From NCBI GenBank assembly GCA_030390025.1, contig CM059432.1, positions 108,006,001 to 108,070,000 of the forward strand: DNA of 64,000 bases, in the 5' to 3' direction. The notes beneath the pieces are model-generated. The model was not told the origin of the DNA and ran no database searches. It saw only the letters and a list, made by a program, of their open reading frames with translations. This document shows positions 52,449-64,000 of the stretch, one piece after another (positions within the stretch are counted from its first letter, which is position 1; each line of letters begins with the position of its first letter). A program made the translations under genes and the position numbers. The stretch is from Squalus acanthias. Its lineage: Eukaryota.

Positions 52449-54088
52449 TGTGAGAAACAATGGGCAAATTTACTTGGAATAGTGATAGCTGATTCATGGG
52501 TAAGGATACATTTTAAGTGTTTAAGAATGATTACAGGTTTAAAAGAGCTGGGATATGGGGAAATATTAGAGAGATCGGGAGGGAAAACTGTGGAAGTGTA
52601 TTTTTAGTTGGATACAAAATGGCTTCTTGGACACAAAATGGCTTCCTAAGACACAGAATATAAAATCTAAAATGGCCTACACAATGTCTGTTAGAAAGAT
52701 TAGCCAATTGTTTATAGTTTCAACCTGATGAAGGAATTTCAGTTTGTAGACTGTTTTAATTGCCCCCAATAAATAACTTAGGATTGTAGATCAAAGAAAT
52801 CTCTAAGGCCATGGCGTGAATTACTATCTCCCTTGATTTCTAGATGGTGTGGTGGGAGAAATCACACGTACCCCTTTAGAAGGGATTTCTGCTGGTTTAA
52901 ATCTTTATGACCTTTAGAAAATCCTTTCATGTACAGTATACACAAATACTCTTTTAACTTGTTTTATAGGCACTATGCTGTCAATTAATGATTTATTACC
53001 ATGTCATGTGATATAGGAAGCTTGTATTTTTTTCTGAACTATAAATTTCGAGCAGTTTTTGTATTTGCAGGGTGTCATCATAGCCGAATTTTGACTATGG
53101 TTGCATCCTCCTTGCAGCAAGTAAAATAATAAACTTCCTTTGACGATACTTTGGGGGAGAAATTCAGTATCGCCCCATTTGGGGCGCAATTATCGGCCGG
53201 GCGCAAAGATTAGCGCCTGGCGCTAATTATCACCACCGACTGCAAACTTGACTTTTATCGCCCCTGGAGGTGATTGGAGCGCTAAATCAGGCGCTTCACA
53301 CCTGTCTTAAGGCGCAAAGGCTGAGGAGCGAGGCGCTACCTCAGAGCGCTGGCGAAGCTCATGTGATGTCAGTCAGCAATGGAACACACACACAATGGCA
53401 CCGGCCAGTTCTTAAAGGGGATGGTTGATCTTGCTTTCAGTCCACATCCTGCTCATTGCAGCCTTGAATCTCGGCCTGGAGAGACCTGCACATTAAATCT
53501 GCTGGAAAGAACATGGAGAGTACCAGGGAAAGAGCTTAGAGTGCAGCCCCCACAGTCTCTTCTAAATCGATACAAGGAATGGCAAATCAAAATGAACCTG
53601 CAAAGTGCTGCTCAGTACCCAAAACTCCTTCACACAGCGTTGAATCTCTCCAGAAGTCTCTCTCTCTCTCTCTCTCAGAATGCGTGGTTCAAAAATGGCA
53701 CCAACAATAAAAGGCAGGAAGCGGTCACCTTTAAATAGCGCTCCCCCAGTCCCTTCATGACTGCAATTCGCTCCCCTCAACCTGTCGTTGCTAGCGTCAG
53801 GCGGTAAGGCAGGGGGCGCTACTCAATATCTGCTCCGGGGCGATACTGGGGCGTTGCGCACTCGACTGACGTCTCGATCTGCCGGCGCAGGAGATCGTGG
53901 CTGTAGTGTTTAGCGCCGCCGCAAAATGTCTAGTTAATTTCGCGAGCGGCGCAAACATCGCCGCGCCTGGGCACTAGATGCTTTGCGCCCCATTAGCGGC
54001 CTCTTAAGGCGCTAATGGGAGGCGCAACCAACTGAATTTTTCCCCCTTTATGTTTAAAGAGTCTTACTCGGAAGTCGAAACTTCGACA
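52449..54088 (+). mobile_element. Possible solo LTR interrupted by a MITE
   Basis: TGT...ACA ends, AATAAA near the 3' part, repeated aaaatggc; no TSD found. Confidence 0.3.
53153..54046. mobile_element. 894-bp Harbinger-type MITE, copy 2
   Basis: TIRs gggggagaaattcagt / actgaatttttccccc; TTT TSD; collinear with the 29488 copy. Confidence 0.92.
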
Positions 54089-54297
54089 AAACCTTTAAAG
54101 GAAAGGAGCCTCATCAAGGTGCGTAAAGGATTAAATAACAAACCAAGAATATTACCTTAGAGTAAGTCAAGGAAATAGAACTGGAGAAAATAAGTTAGTG
54201 AAAAGTAAATTTAAAACAGATATTACGAAGACCTTCATTATTCCAAAAATGAGAAGTCGCACAACACCAGGTTATAGTCCAACAGATTTATTTAATT

Positions 54298-54335
54298 TTA
54301 CAAGCTTTCGGAGCTGTCGCTCCTTCGTCAGGTAA
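54298..54335 (-). ncRNA. Minimal type I hammerhead ribozyme (mirror copy, sense to the AMPH transcript)
   Basis: Exact reverse complement of 54858-54895. Confidence 0.8.
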
Positions 54336-54857
54336 GTTAGCAATGAGAGAATCTCCCAGAATTCACAATTTAAACCCAGACAAAATCTATTCACATTATT
54401 CGCTACAACAAAGAGCACAGCCAAGACAATGAGATGTGTCCCAGGGGGTCCAACGTGTCAAACCACCTGCTGGCTGCATATCCTGTCAATTTGTGTTCTT
54501 GTGTTAGCGTTCTCCAAGGCGGCCTTCGAGATACACGACAGCGCAAAATCATAGAGCAGAAACTGATAGCCAAGTTCCGCACTCATGAGGCTGGCCTCAA
54601 TCGCGATATCGGGTTCATGTCACGATACAGAACGTGACTTGACATCATGGCCGGTCTTCCCAGGTGTTTTTTTTTTTTAAAAAGGCTAACACAAGAACAC
54701 AAATTGACAGGATATGCAGCCAGCAGGTGGTTTGACACGTTGGACCCCCTGGGACACATCTCATTGTCTTGGCTGTGCTCTTTGTTGTAGCGAATAATGT
54801 GAATAGATTTTGTCTGGGTTTAAATTGTGAATTCTGGGAGATTCTCTCATTGCTAAC

Positions 54858-54895
54858 TTACCTGACGAAGGAGCGACAGCTCCGAAAGCTTGTAA
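54858..54895 (+). ncRNA. Minimal type I hammerhead ribozyme
   Basis: uuac-CUGACGA-a-GGAGC(gaca)GCUCC-GAAA-gc-UU-guaa. Confidence 0.8.
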
Positions 54896-55488
54896 AATTA
54901 AATAAATCTGTTGGACTATAACCTGGTGTTGTGCGACTTCTCATTTTTGTCCACCCCAGTCCAACGCCGGCATCTCCACATCATGACCTTCATTATTCCA
55001 GTTCATAGATGGTCAGAATAATTTGCCAGCCAGACAGTAGTCGGATAATCAGCTGAGAGAGTGAGGATACTAGTGTGAGGAGTGGATTAACACATGGGTT
55101 CACGGGGCACATGCCCAGGGACCCAGCCAAATATGAGACCCCACCAGAATTATCCAGTGTGGAGTGGTGCTTAGGAGAACACAGTGTGCAGCGGGGAGTC
55201 GATGGAGGTCTCAGTGGGATTCGCCTCAAATACAAAGGGTGCAGCTCCGGCCATCTGAGAGCAAAGACGCAGTGCCGGGGTCCAAGAGCTCTAAAACTGA
55301 CTGAGGAGTTTACAAATTTAACAACTGTCGGGCACGGGTTCTGTCACCCGCTAATTACACTGTGCCAGGCCGCGCCCTGAACGCTACAGGACGTATCGCT
55401 TGACACCCCTCAGCACAATGCAGTAGTCTACATTAACAGAAAGTAGTTCTACTGCTTCAGTGCCAACTGGTTATTTACCAGGAACACT

Positions 55489-56510
55489 GGGGGGATTTTT
55501 TCAGGTGGTCAGCGGGCACGTTTGGTGGCAGGTCTGGCGGGAAGATTTTTTTTGACAGCGGGTCAGGAACCCGCTGTCACGCAACTTTCCCAGATGTCGG
55601 GTCTGTCAACGCTGAACAGACTGGGCACGCAGCAGCGGGGGAGGCAATTTAAATAATTATGACCTTGTTAAGAGCTACTTAAAAAGTATTTTGAGCTCAC
55701 CTTTAAATTTTACGAGATCGCCCACGGGGTCCACGCTACTCGGGGATCACATCAGGTAAGGAGGTCAGGAGTTATGTTAGCATGAAATTATCTCTTTACT
55801 TGACAGCTGCAAATGTGCTATAAAAGCTCCCATCTCACAGCTGTTCACTTTCCAAGCTCAGAAGCTGTTGCTTACTGCATTCGGAAGATAGGTTGAGCTT
55901 TATGCAGGTTGCAAGTGTTTGGAGTAAACTCTCTATCCAGTGTCATCTCACTGGAACAACCTCTCTCACCATTGGCAGATTGCTTCTGTCATCTTAAGTT
56001 CACCTGCCATCTATTACATCAGCATCGGTGCCCTTGAAACTATCTCATCTTGGTCCTCAGAATCCCACCATGATCAGCCCCAACACCAGCAGCACCAGGC
56101 ACACCAGCAGTACCAATAACAACACCAACCTTCTCCGCAATCAACTGATGCGACACAGGACACAGGGCATCAGCACCCGACCACAATGCTGCCCGGGAGG
56201 CCAGGGATGGCCTCACCATGGCCAGATTTACTTCACTTGATGCTGTACACTCTGGCTGCCACATGATGCACCAGATTGGCACCACCCCACATCAACACCA
56301 TAAAGCTTCCCTACAATGCCCAAGCCATTCCTTTCACACTCATGACCATTGCAGGGGGTACCCTTATGTCTCACCATTCACAGCAACTCACTAAGCCACT
56401 TCCAAAGGTGCACACAAATCTATCCAACAACGCAAAGTGTTGAAAATAAAGGTTTCAATGTTTGACAGCACATTATCAGAAACTTCATATGAACACTGGC
56501 TACCCTTGTG
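55489..56510 (-). mobile_element. Truncated third copy of the 9328/10728 Harbinger family
   Basis: ORFs 56028/56040 mirror 10320/10374/11477; the left part matches 10728-11000. Confidence 0.8.
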
Positions 56511-57833
56511 TTATATCTTCAATGAATTCCAATAAATTTGCTTGGCATAACATGTCTTTCTAATCTTGTGTTGGCTAAGTATTATTGTGCTCAGTTTCAT
56601 TAAATGCTCTTAAATTGCTTTCTTTATAATAATTTCTAATGTTTTTCTTACTATAACAGACAATCCAAGTGGCCTATAATTCCCAGTATCCTGTTTCAAT
56701 TCTCTTTTCAAAATTGCAGCATTAGCTATTTTCCGGTCTTCTGGTTATACATCTGTGTTTAATGAAGCTATAAAATAAAACACTTAAGCTGTAGGACTCC
56801 TGTTTCTAGCCTCATTTGCTTCAGTATTTTCTAATATAAATGTTCCACCTAGCCCTGTTGCCTTATGAATATCAAATACTCCAATATTTTAATAGGCATT
56901 TATTACTAATCTCTATTTTCCCAATGAATTTCAATGCATTTCCTCCCACTCCACATACCGGGGCTACCATCATCTCTATACTTTGCTAGCACCTCTCTCC
57001 CCTGTGACCTCCACCACTAAGAAGATCAAGAGCAGCAATACCAAAGGACTACCATCAACGCCAAGTTCCCCCTCCAAGTCGCACACGATGCTGACTTGGA
57101 CATATATCGGCATTCCTTCATCATCTCTGGGTCTATATCATGGAATTCCCTACTTATCACTATTGTGGAGTACCATCGTCATAAGGACTACAGCAGTTAA
57201 AGAAGAAGGCCCAACACAATCTCTTTAAATGGGCAATAAATGTGACCATGGTAGTTTCGCCCATGTATAATAAATATGTAGAATAATGTAGAATAAAAAC
57301 AGCCATGTAAAGTGTTTAAAATTTCTTTATTTAACCATTTCAGTCTAGATTTCTTTACCAGCTTTCCACCTCTTGGCTATATTAAGAACTAAAAGCAGTT
57401 CCCGGTGTAGTACAGAACCATCAGACCACTGGTAGCTGATCTTAGCTAAAGCACATCACTGGACTAATGAAGGGGGAAAAAAGTCAGGGTTCTGCTCTTG
57501 GTTGCTATCTAGTGACCACTGTTAGTGCAGGTGTGTGAACTTTGGAAGCAGGGGAGGGGTGGGGGGTGGGGGCAAGGGGGGTGGGTGGGGAGGTGATGGA
57601 GTGAAGTTATTCACACACAGACTGCATTACATCAGAGGGCCTCTTTTTTTTTTAAATGTACTTTTCGGAATGCACAAGTTTACACTAGGTGTGTTAAACT
57701 GACACGGAACCGAAGAGCCGATCAGAATGCAACTACAATAATGGTGCTGAGGCACACAATAATGAGCTGAACATAAATGGTTCACATCGGTCAGTCTACC
57801 CACAGCCACAGTCTGTTATTTTGTGCACACCTG

Positions 57834-60033
57834 GGGCTCGATTTTGCCATTGGGGTCGGGCTGGGGCGCGTCAGGTGGTTTTCGTGTCAGGACCCCGACT
57901 CCGATGTGAAGTGGGAAAAAAGTGCGATTTTCCCCGAATTGGGCAATTGATTTCCAGCGTGTGGGAACCGCTGGCCCAGTTAGTCTTTCCATCCTGAAAG
58001 TCGCCTCCAATGACGTCATCAGTGCTGCTGGATTTAAGGCCTGCAAGCAGCCTTGCTTCTTCTGGAGACTGGAAACGCTTTGCACATTGTATGAAGGACT
58101 TCATTTACCGACCATATCCACCAGCAAGCAAAAGTGTGCACCTCACTTTGATGAGCCCTCCCTCCAAGCTCTGGTGCCAAGAGCAAGATCTAATAAGGAG
58201 GTGCTCTTCCCTTCCTCAGGGAGAAAAAAGCCACCACAATAGACTAAAGCTGTGTGGCTGCAAGTGGCCCAGGAGGTCAATGCCATCTCTATGTGCCGCA
58301 GAACCTGGCTGCAGTGCAGGAAGAGGTTTCATGACCTTCTCCGCACAAGAAAAGTGAGTATGACTTTCTCATCACCCTCAATCTCATCCCCATCGCCTCT
58401 CCTCACCAGCACTCTGCTTTGCCAACCTCTTCCTCCACATCCCACTTGACACTGACATCCCTGCACCCTTACCCATTTCCTCTCTCTCTATGGTCACATT
58501 CACTTAACTATTCGACCGTGCAGCCCTCACCCTCCCTATCATTGTGATGCAATGACAACTACTTACAACACACAGGGAGGGCTCTTTGTCTCCTTCTAAG
58601 CATCTATGCTATGGATTCTCTACACTCACTCCTTCATTTTCACTCAAACTCCACTTGTGTCCCTCATTGCAGGAAAAGAGAGCCCACAATAAGAGGGAAA
58701 GAGCGAGGACAGGAGGAGAGCCACCCTCAGTAGCCCAGCTCACCAACTTGGAGGAGGCGGCCCTGGAAATTGCCGGGATCGAGGAGGATTCCCAAGTGGG
58801 GGACAGACAGGCGGGCGCATCACAGCAAGCTGGTGACAGAATAGTTTGGCATCTCTCTCATTGACATTGCATGAGTGACTGATAATGATTCTGATGCTTT
58901 AACAGATTGACTTATGATCATCTGCACAATTCAATGTGCATGCAACCTTTACCTCACATCTCTAAATCTTTCCTTTACTCCCCCACAGGACCATCGAAAG
59001 CCCCCATCCCCACTGTCCAGGAGGAAGAGCCTGAGCTTCCAGACTCCTCAGAGGAAGCTGCAACCTCTGAGGACGCTCCGTCAGCAGAATTCAGCGCACC
59101 CTGCACCAGTGCAGACACTCACACCTCGGTGGGACCTTCGGGACAGAGAGTAGAGTAGCTTAGGGCGACTTGCAATTGTCAGTATGGTGGTCAGAGTGAT
59201 AGGAATCCGCAGGTTCTTGGCCATTGTCGATGGTCTGATAAGAAGGTGCGAGGCAAAAGTGTTTGATTGTGCAGGCTAAGCAAATCTGGGCAAGAGGAGT
59301 GCATCCCTTGCATCCCGGGCAGCAATGTGGTTGCGCGCTGGCGCCTTCTGGCCTGTGCAGCTTCAGGTGGGTGAGCGGCAGCTTGGCGCTCCTGTTGATG
59401 CTGCTGTTGCTGGTGGTGCTGTTGTTCATGGTTCTGCTGCTGCCACGGCTGGTCCTCGTTCGAATCTGATGTCCAGGAGGAAAGGAAATAAATGGTTCCC
59501 ATGCTTCTGGTATATGCCTCAGTTGAGGAAGCGCTCAGTCAAGGTGGCGAGAGGGGTTTCCCAGGAGGTCACACTGGAGATGGGTGTCAGGCTCCAAACT
59601 TCCACAACAATGGGTATGCCTGCTAAAAGTTCCCCCAGACTTGAGACAACAAAGTTCTGCCACCTGCAAATGATGATTGCTGAAAACTCCTTTTTAATGG
59701 TGGAGCTGCAGCTGTTAGTAAGCAGTCCACTTGTGAGGCCGCCAGGATTCACTGGCGTGTTCCAGAGGAGACATGTAGGACGTGGGAAAAGTGGTAAAAT
59801 CAGAAAGGCCTCTCAAAATGGGATTATAGAGGCATTTAACTGGTTGTTAAGGGCCTTAAGGGCCTATCCCGCCTCTTGGAGGCGGGATGGAAATGGGGTC
59901 AGAAAACACGCATTTGGGAAAATTGCTCGGAGGCAGGATGGAGGCGGGATCGGGCTCGCCCGCCATTTTTTAACGATTTTACTACCTCACACGCCTCCAA
60001 TCCCGCCTCCTCGGGCCTGGCAAAATCGAGCCC
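57834..60033 (+). mobile_element. 2.2-kb Harbinger derivative with a three-exon Myb/SANT pseudogene
   Basis: Perfect 15-bp TIRs gggctcgattttgcc / ggcaaaatcgagccc; CTG TSD; exon 1 ends 58353|gtgagt, exon 2 58673-58832, exon 3 starts 58989; TAG in exon 1 at 58240. Confidence 0.92.
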
Positions 60034-61699
60034 CTGGTGTCTACATGCCTTTTTCCTCCGCCATGCTCACGGGTCACTGAAGCCCGCTCCACTTTCCCAG
60101 ATTTTACATGTTGCCTGAGCTGCTGATCGTTTCCAGCATTTTCTGCTTTTATTTCAGATTTCCAACAACCAGCAGTATTTTGCTTTTTGTTTAAACATAA
60201 TTTACTTAGTAACTTGCTGGAATTGCAGCAGTTAAGGAAAACAATGAATATTGTTCAGATGTACTAGAGCAAGCCAAAAGGGGAAAACCTGGACAGATGT
60301 GCGTGACAGAGATTGATGAATGCATTTCGTTATTCACATATACAACTCACAGTGCCAACAGAGTTGGCCAGCAATTGGAACTTTTTTTTAATTGCTTTCA
60401 GCATGTGAGCGATACTGGCCAGGCGGCTTTTGTTGCTCATCCCTACTTGCCCTGAGACGATGACATTGGGTTTTCTCCTTGAATGGCAGCAGTCTTTGTG
60501 CTGATTGTACTCTCACAATGGTGTTAACTGGGGAATTCCAGGATGAAGGAACACCAATATATGCCCAAGTCAGGATGGTGTGTGACTGGACCATAACTTG
60601 GAAATGATGGTGCTCCTTCGATATTTCTGCTCATGTCCTTTTTGATGGTAGAGATCCCATGGAGGAGGCAGCTCAGATATCAACACATTAGATAGTTTCG
60701 GGATCAATAGAAATGAAAATTGGGAGAGAGATATAACGGGCAGCTGATCCAATATTGCCCGTTGCACACTATCGGCCAAAGTCAAAATGACCCCTCATGA
60801 CTCATGCAGTGGTGTCAGGTCAGGTGTTAAAATCTGCTACCATAATGACAATAGTCGGTATGACCTGTGTCTGGTCAACAGCAAGTGCCAGGTGGCGGGT
60901 AAGTAACCCGGCCACCTCCAGAAAGTGACAACTTCGGGCGGAGGGTAGAAGAACATCAGCAGGCAAATGAGTAATCTTTGAATTAGCCAATGCCATTCAC
61001 AACTGCAATACACAACAAGTCAATGAAGGAGCAACCACGGACAGTTCAAAACACACCACCAGGGTTCAGGTCCCTGCCTTAAAACAGTGTGAAGGACAGT
61101 CACAGGAGCTCAGATGAAGGCCGACCGATGATGATGATGTTGATGATGACATGATTCAATGTGTGTGGTCCAGCTCAGTGAGATAGATTGACGTAACGCA
61201 TGTGCCAGAATATATTTATGTATATGGAAAATGTCTACCTCATAATGTCAGAAAATGCACCCAAATCAAGTGTCAAAAATCTATGGGTTGGTTTTCTGTT
61301 CCTGCTCTTCCAAGGCAGAGCCTCGCCCATTGCGTCTTCTTATGTGGACACATTAATGGACATATAATCAAGGGCTGACTTTCAATATGTACTCCTGAAG
61401 GCTGAGTCTCCGGAGTCGATTTTAACCCCTACCCCTATCCGGTGGGAATAATGAGTGAGAGGAGTTAAAATTGTCTGAGTCCAATGAAAGAGCAGCCACG
61501 GACAGTCCGAAACAAGGCCGCATCATTCCCGGCCAGCGACATATTATCATCATCGACTTTTGAAGTTGGCCGAGGCTCCAGCTGCAGGCAGGCGTTGACC
61601 TAATTTAAATCTAAAACTTGTGGCCTGATGATGTCATCAGCACTGTAACCCCGACGTCTGAACTACGGCAGGAGTCAGGGCGTGGCCAGAAGAGACCAA

Positions 61700-61935
61700 C
61701 GACAACAACAACTTGTATTTATATAGCGCCTTTAACGTAGTAAAACGTCCCAAGGCACTGCACAGGAGTATTTTAAGACAAAAAATTTGACACCGATCCA
61801 CATAAGGATAAATTAGGGCAGAGAGGTAGGTTTTAAGGAGCGTCTTAAAGGAGGAAAGAGAGGTAGCGAGGCAGAGAGGTTTAGGCAGGGAATTCCAGAG
61901 CTTAGGGCCTAGGCAACAGAAGGCACGGCCACCAA
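61700..61935 (-). mobile_element. L2-like LINE 3' fragment
   Basis: Same family as 14484-14830, with an (AAC)n tail. Confidence 0.7.
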
Positions 61936-62499
61936 AGTTAAGTCTAATAACATCACTTTTCTGTGGAATCCTTGCAGGTCAGGAGGAGCAGGAGTGCTCC
62001 CCAGGCTCCGTATGGAGTCCTTGGGCCACTCCAGCCCCAGCCTTGCCTCTCCCTTCCACAACCAGAATCCCTTCCAAAGCCCCTGCCCAGCGCTAACTTT
62101 ATGCCGGGGACCGTTCCCTGGGTCCCTGCCCCCGGAGTCCTCGGGTGTTCTGCCCGATTTTTGCTTCCGCTCACCAGCCCTTACGTCACTTCCTCTGATT
62201 TCGGGCGGGAGACTGTCCTGGATTATTTAAATGAGGCCTTCCGCGCTTATCCCGGACAGCCGCCAATAGTGGGCAAATGGCACTAACCATTTACCATTAC
62301 CATAACAGTCAATTACAAAGGCAGCACTTATAATGTATTAAGCGCACCGGCAATTTCGGGCAGTTCAAGCAGCTGTTCGCACCTCATTAAAGTGTGCTTA
62401 CCTGTCATTAAGTCCTTTCAGGCAACCTCGCCACCTTCAGTCACCTCCCACCACACTGCCCTCCCCCCATCCTCCCCCCCCACCCCCCTCCCCCACAAC

Positions 62500-62864
62500 C
62501 CGGTGGCATAGTGGTTAGCACTGTTGCCTCACAGCGCCAGGGACCCGGGTTCGAATCCGGCCATGGGTGACTGTCTGTGTGGAGTTTGCACATTCTCCCC
62601 GTGTCTGCGTGGGTTTCCTCCGGGTGCTCCGGTTTCCTCCCACAGTCCAAAGATGTGCGGGTTAGGTTGATTTGGCTATGATAAATTGACCCTTAGTGTT
62701 AGGGGGGAGTAAATACGTGGGGTTACGGGGATAGGGTGGGATATGTTAGGGGGGATTAAATATGTGGGGTTACGGGGGTAGGGTGGGATATGTGTCGGTG
62801 CAGGCTCGATGGGCCGAAATGGCCTCTGTCTGTACTGTGGGGATTCTGTGATTCTGTGATTCTG
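62500..62864 (+). mobile_element. Full-length HE1-like V-SINE
   Basis: tRNA-like A/B boxes (tggcatagtggttagc, ggttcgaatcc), V-domain and (ATTCTGTG)n tail. Confidence 0.9.
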
Positions 62865-63436
62865 AACCTGTGGCCTCTAGAACTCCTGCGATTGCTGCTT
62901 AGAAACAAGTGACAAAGATGAAAGAGACCTTCTGTCACAGCCTGCTGAAACTCAAGCTGTAGGCCACGGGGATGGGGTTGGAGGAGGAGGGGGACTGTAT
63001 TGGAATAAAAGGCAAGAATTAGACATCAATATAAATTACACAAATGAAAGCTGAGATAAATGGGATTATGACGCTGCATACTTCAGCTCTGTTCAGCTCA
63101 CCAACATTACAGAAGGTGAAGCTGACCAGACCGTTCTCTTTCTCTCTTGTTTGGATCATTACCGCGGTGTGAGTAATGGCACTGAGGCATTTAGACAGAG
63201 CAGGAAGTGGAGAGGCAGTGGATGAAAATTCCCTCCACATTTAGAAACATTTCTTGGTTACACTGACCACTGCGTATAGCGGGCAAATTGCATTGACACC
63301 AATGGGCCCACTATAAGTGGTGGGGACTGTATAAACAAACAAATAATCATCTGCTACACTAACGAATGGCAGCCCTCTGAGAAGCTTTTTCAGTGCCAGT
63401 GTCATCTTCAGTGTCTCTGGGACAATGTCTACTCAC

Positions 63437-63512
63437 CACTGCAATCTCCTTGTGAAATTTCGACTCTATACATGTAATGTTTCTGAAGGTGTTGACATAG
63501 AAACCAACTCGG
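63437..63512 (-). CDS. AMPH: Amphiphysin coding exon (late BAR domain), (S)RVGFYVNTFRNITCIESKFHKEIAV
   Basis: ttcacag|C acceptor and GTG|gtgagt donor on the minus strand; 76 nt (1+25 codons); matches recalled amphiphysin RVGFYVNTFKNVSSLEAKFHKEIAV; splices in frame to the 51917 exon. Confidence 0.95.
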
Positions 63513-64000
63513 CTGTGAAAGAGAAAACAAATGATCATGAAACTCATCCCCCTTAATTCATACATACCCAAAGAACCATATCATGTGCTTATTAATATTG
63601 GGCATACTATTGTTTTTAGCATTCCAGACACAGACCTTCACACATTGGGGGTGAATATTGGGAATTTAGACACGTGGCCCCATGATTTTCCTTTTGAATG
63701 TATTCCATTTCTCCTTTCACTTTTATAAATTTCAGAAAGATCTTTAGATATAGAAAGTTCTGCAGAAACATAGACATCTCAAGGCTTGATAAGACCATAG
63801 CTCCATCTAGTCTGCCTTCCTGCTGTCCTAACGGTTATATCCAATAATGTGTTCCTCTCCAAGGTAATTGTACCATTTTGCCTTGTAGGTAGATACCTGA
63901 GGTGCCTGCCTCTACCATCTCCCTCACTAACCTGTTCTAATAACCAACCAGCCTCTCAGTAAAGGAATGTCATCTAGTCTGAGAATCTACATCTTCTCAA

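Larger units (their letters stand above)
54246..54984 (+). mobile_element. Young 5'-truncated Penelope-like element with inverted terminal repeats
   Basis: Arms 54245-54508 and 54685-54948; the spacer encodes SVLQGGLRDTRQRKIIEQKLIAKFRTHEAGLNRDIGF (GIY-YIG C-terminus); 16-bp TSD gaccttcattattcca. Confidence 0.92.

Noticed and set aside
59325..60080. 251-aa ORF as a protein-coding gene
   Set aside because: Runs through the GC-rich transposon end and past the TIR; no recognisable domain.
62500..62570. tRNA genes (also 22230, 42760 and 2300-2365)
   Set aside because: These are tRNA-derived SINE heads that run on into SINE bodies.

Overview
Repeat-rich vertebrate genomic DNA, most likely from a cartilaginous fish (inferred from HE1/V-SINE-like and SacSINE1/DeuSINE-like SINEs and the CR1 families). 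The whole window appears to lie inside the amphiphysin gene (AMPH) on the minus strand. Four consecutive coding exons are recognisable, with GT-AG ends and matching phases: 63437-63512, 51835-51917, 48508-48658 and 46712-46840. They cover the end of the BAR domain, the proline-rich region and the FFEDNF AP-2-binding motif. I could not find the next expected exon (LLDLDFDPF), so 1-46711 is probably one long intron; it holds one plausible 51-nt in-frame cassette exon. The introns are filled with nested CR1, L2 and other LINE fragments, SINEs, a gypsy integrase relic, many PIF/Harbinger-type elements and Penelope-like elements. The main points of interest are a young Penelope-like insertion with 264-bp inverted arms each carrying a minimal hammerhead ribozyme, several Harbinger derivatives that keep an intron-containing Myb/SANT gene but lack the transposase core, and a SINE subfamily with a swapped LINE tail. 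Family names and protein comparisons are from memory, not database searches. Boundaries of old repeats are approximate.
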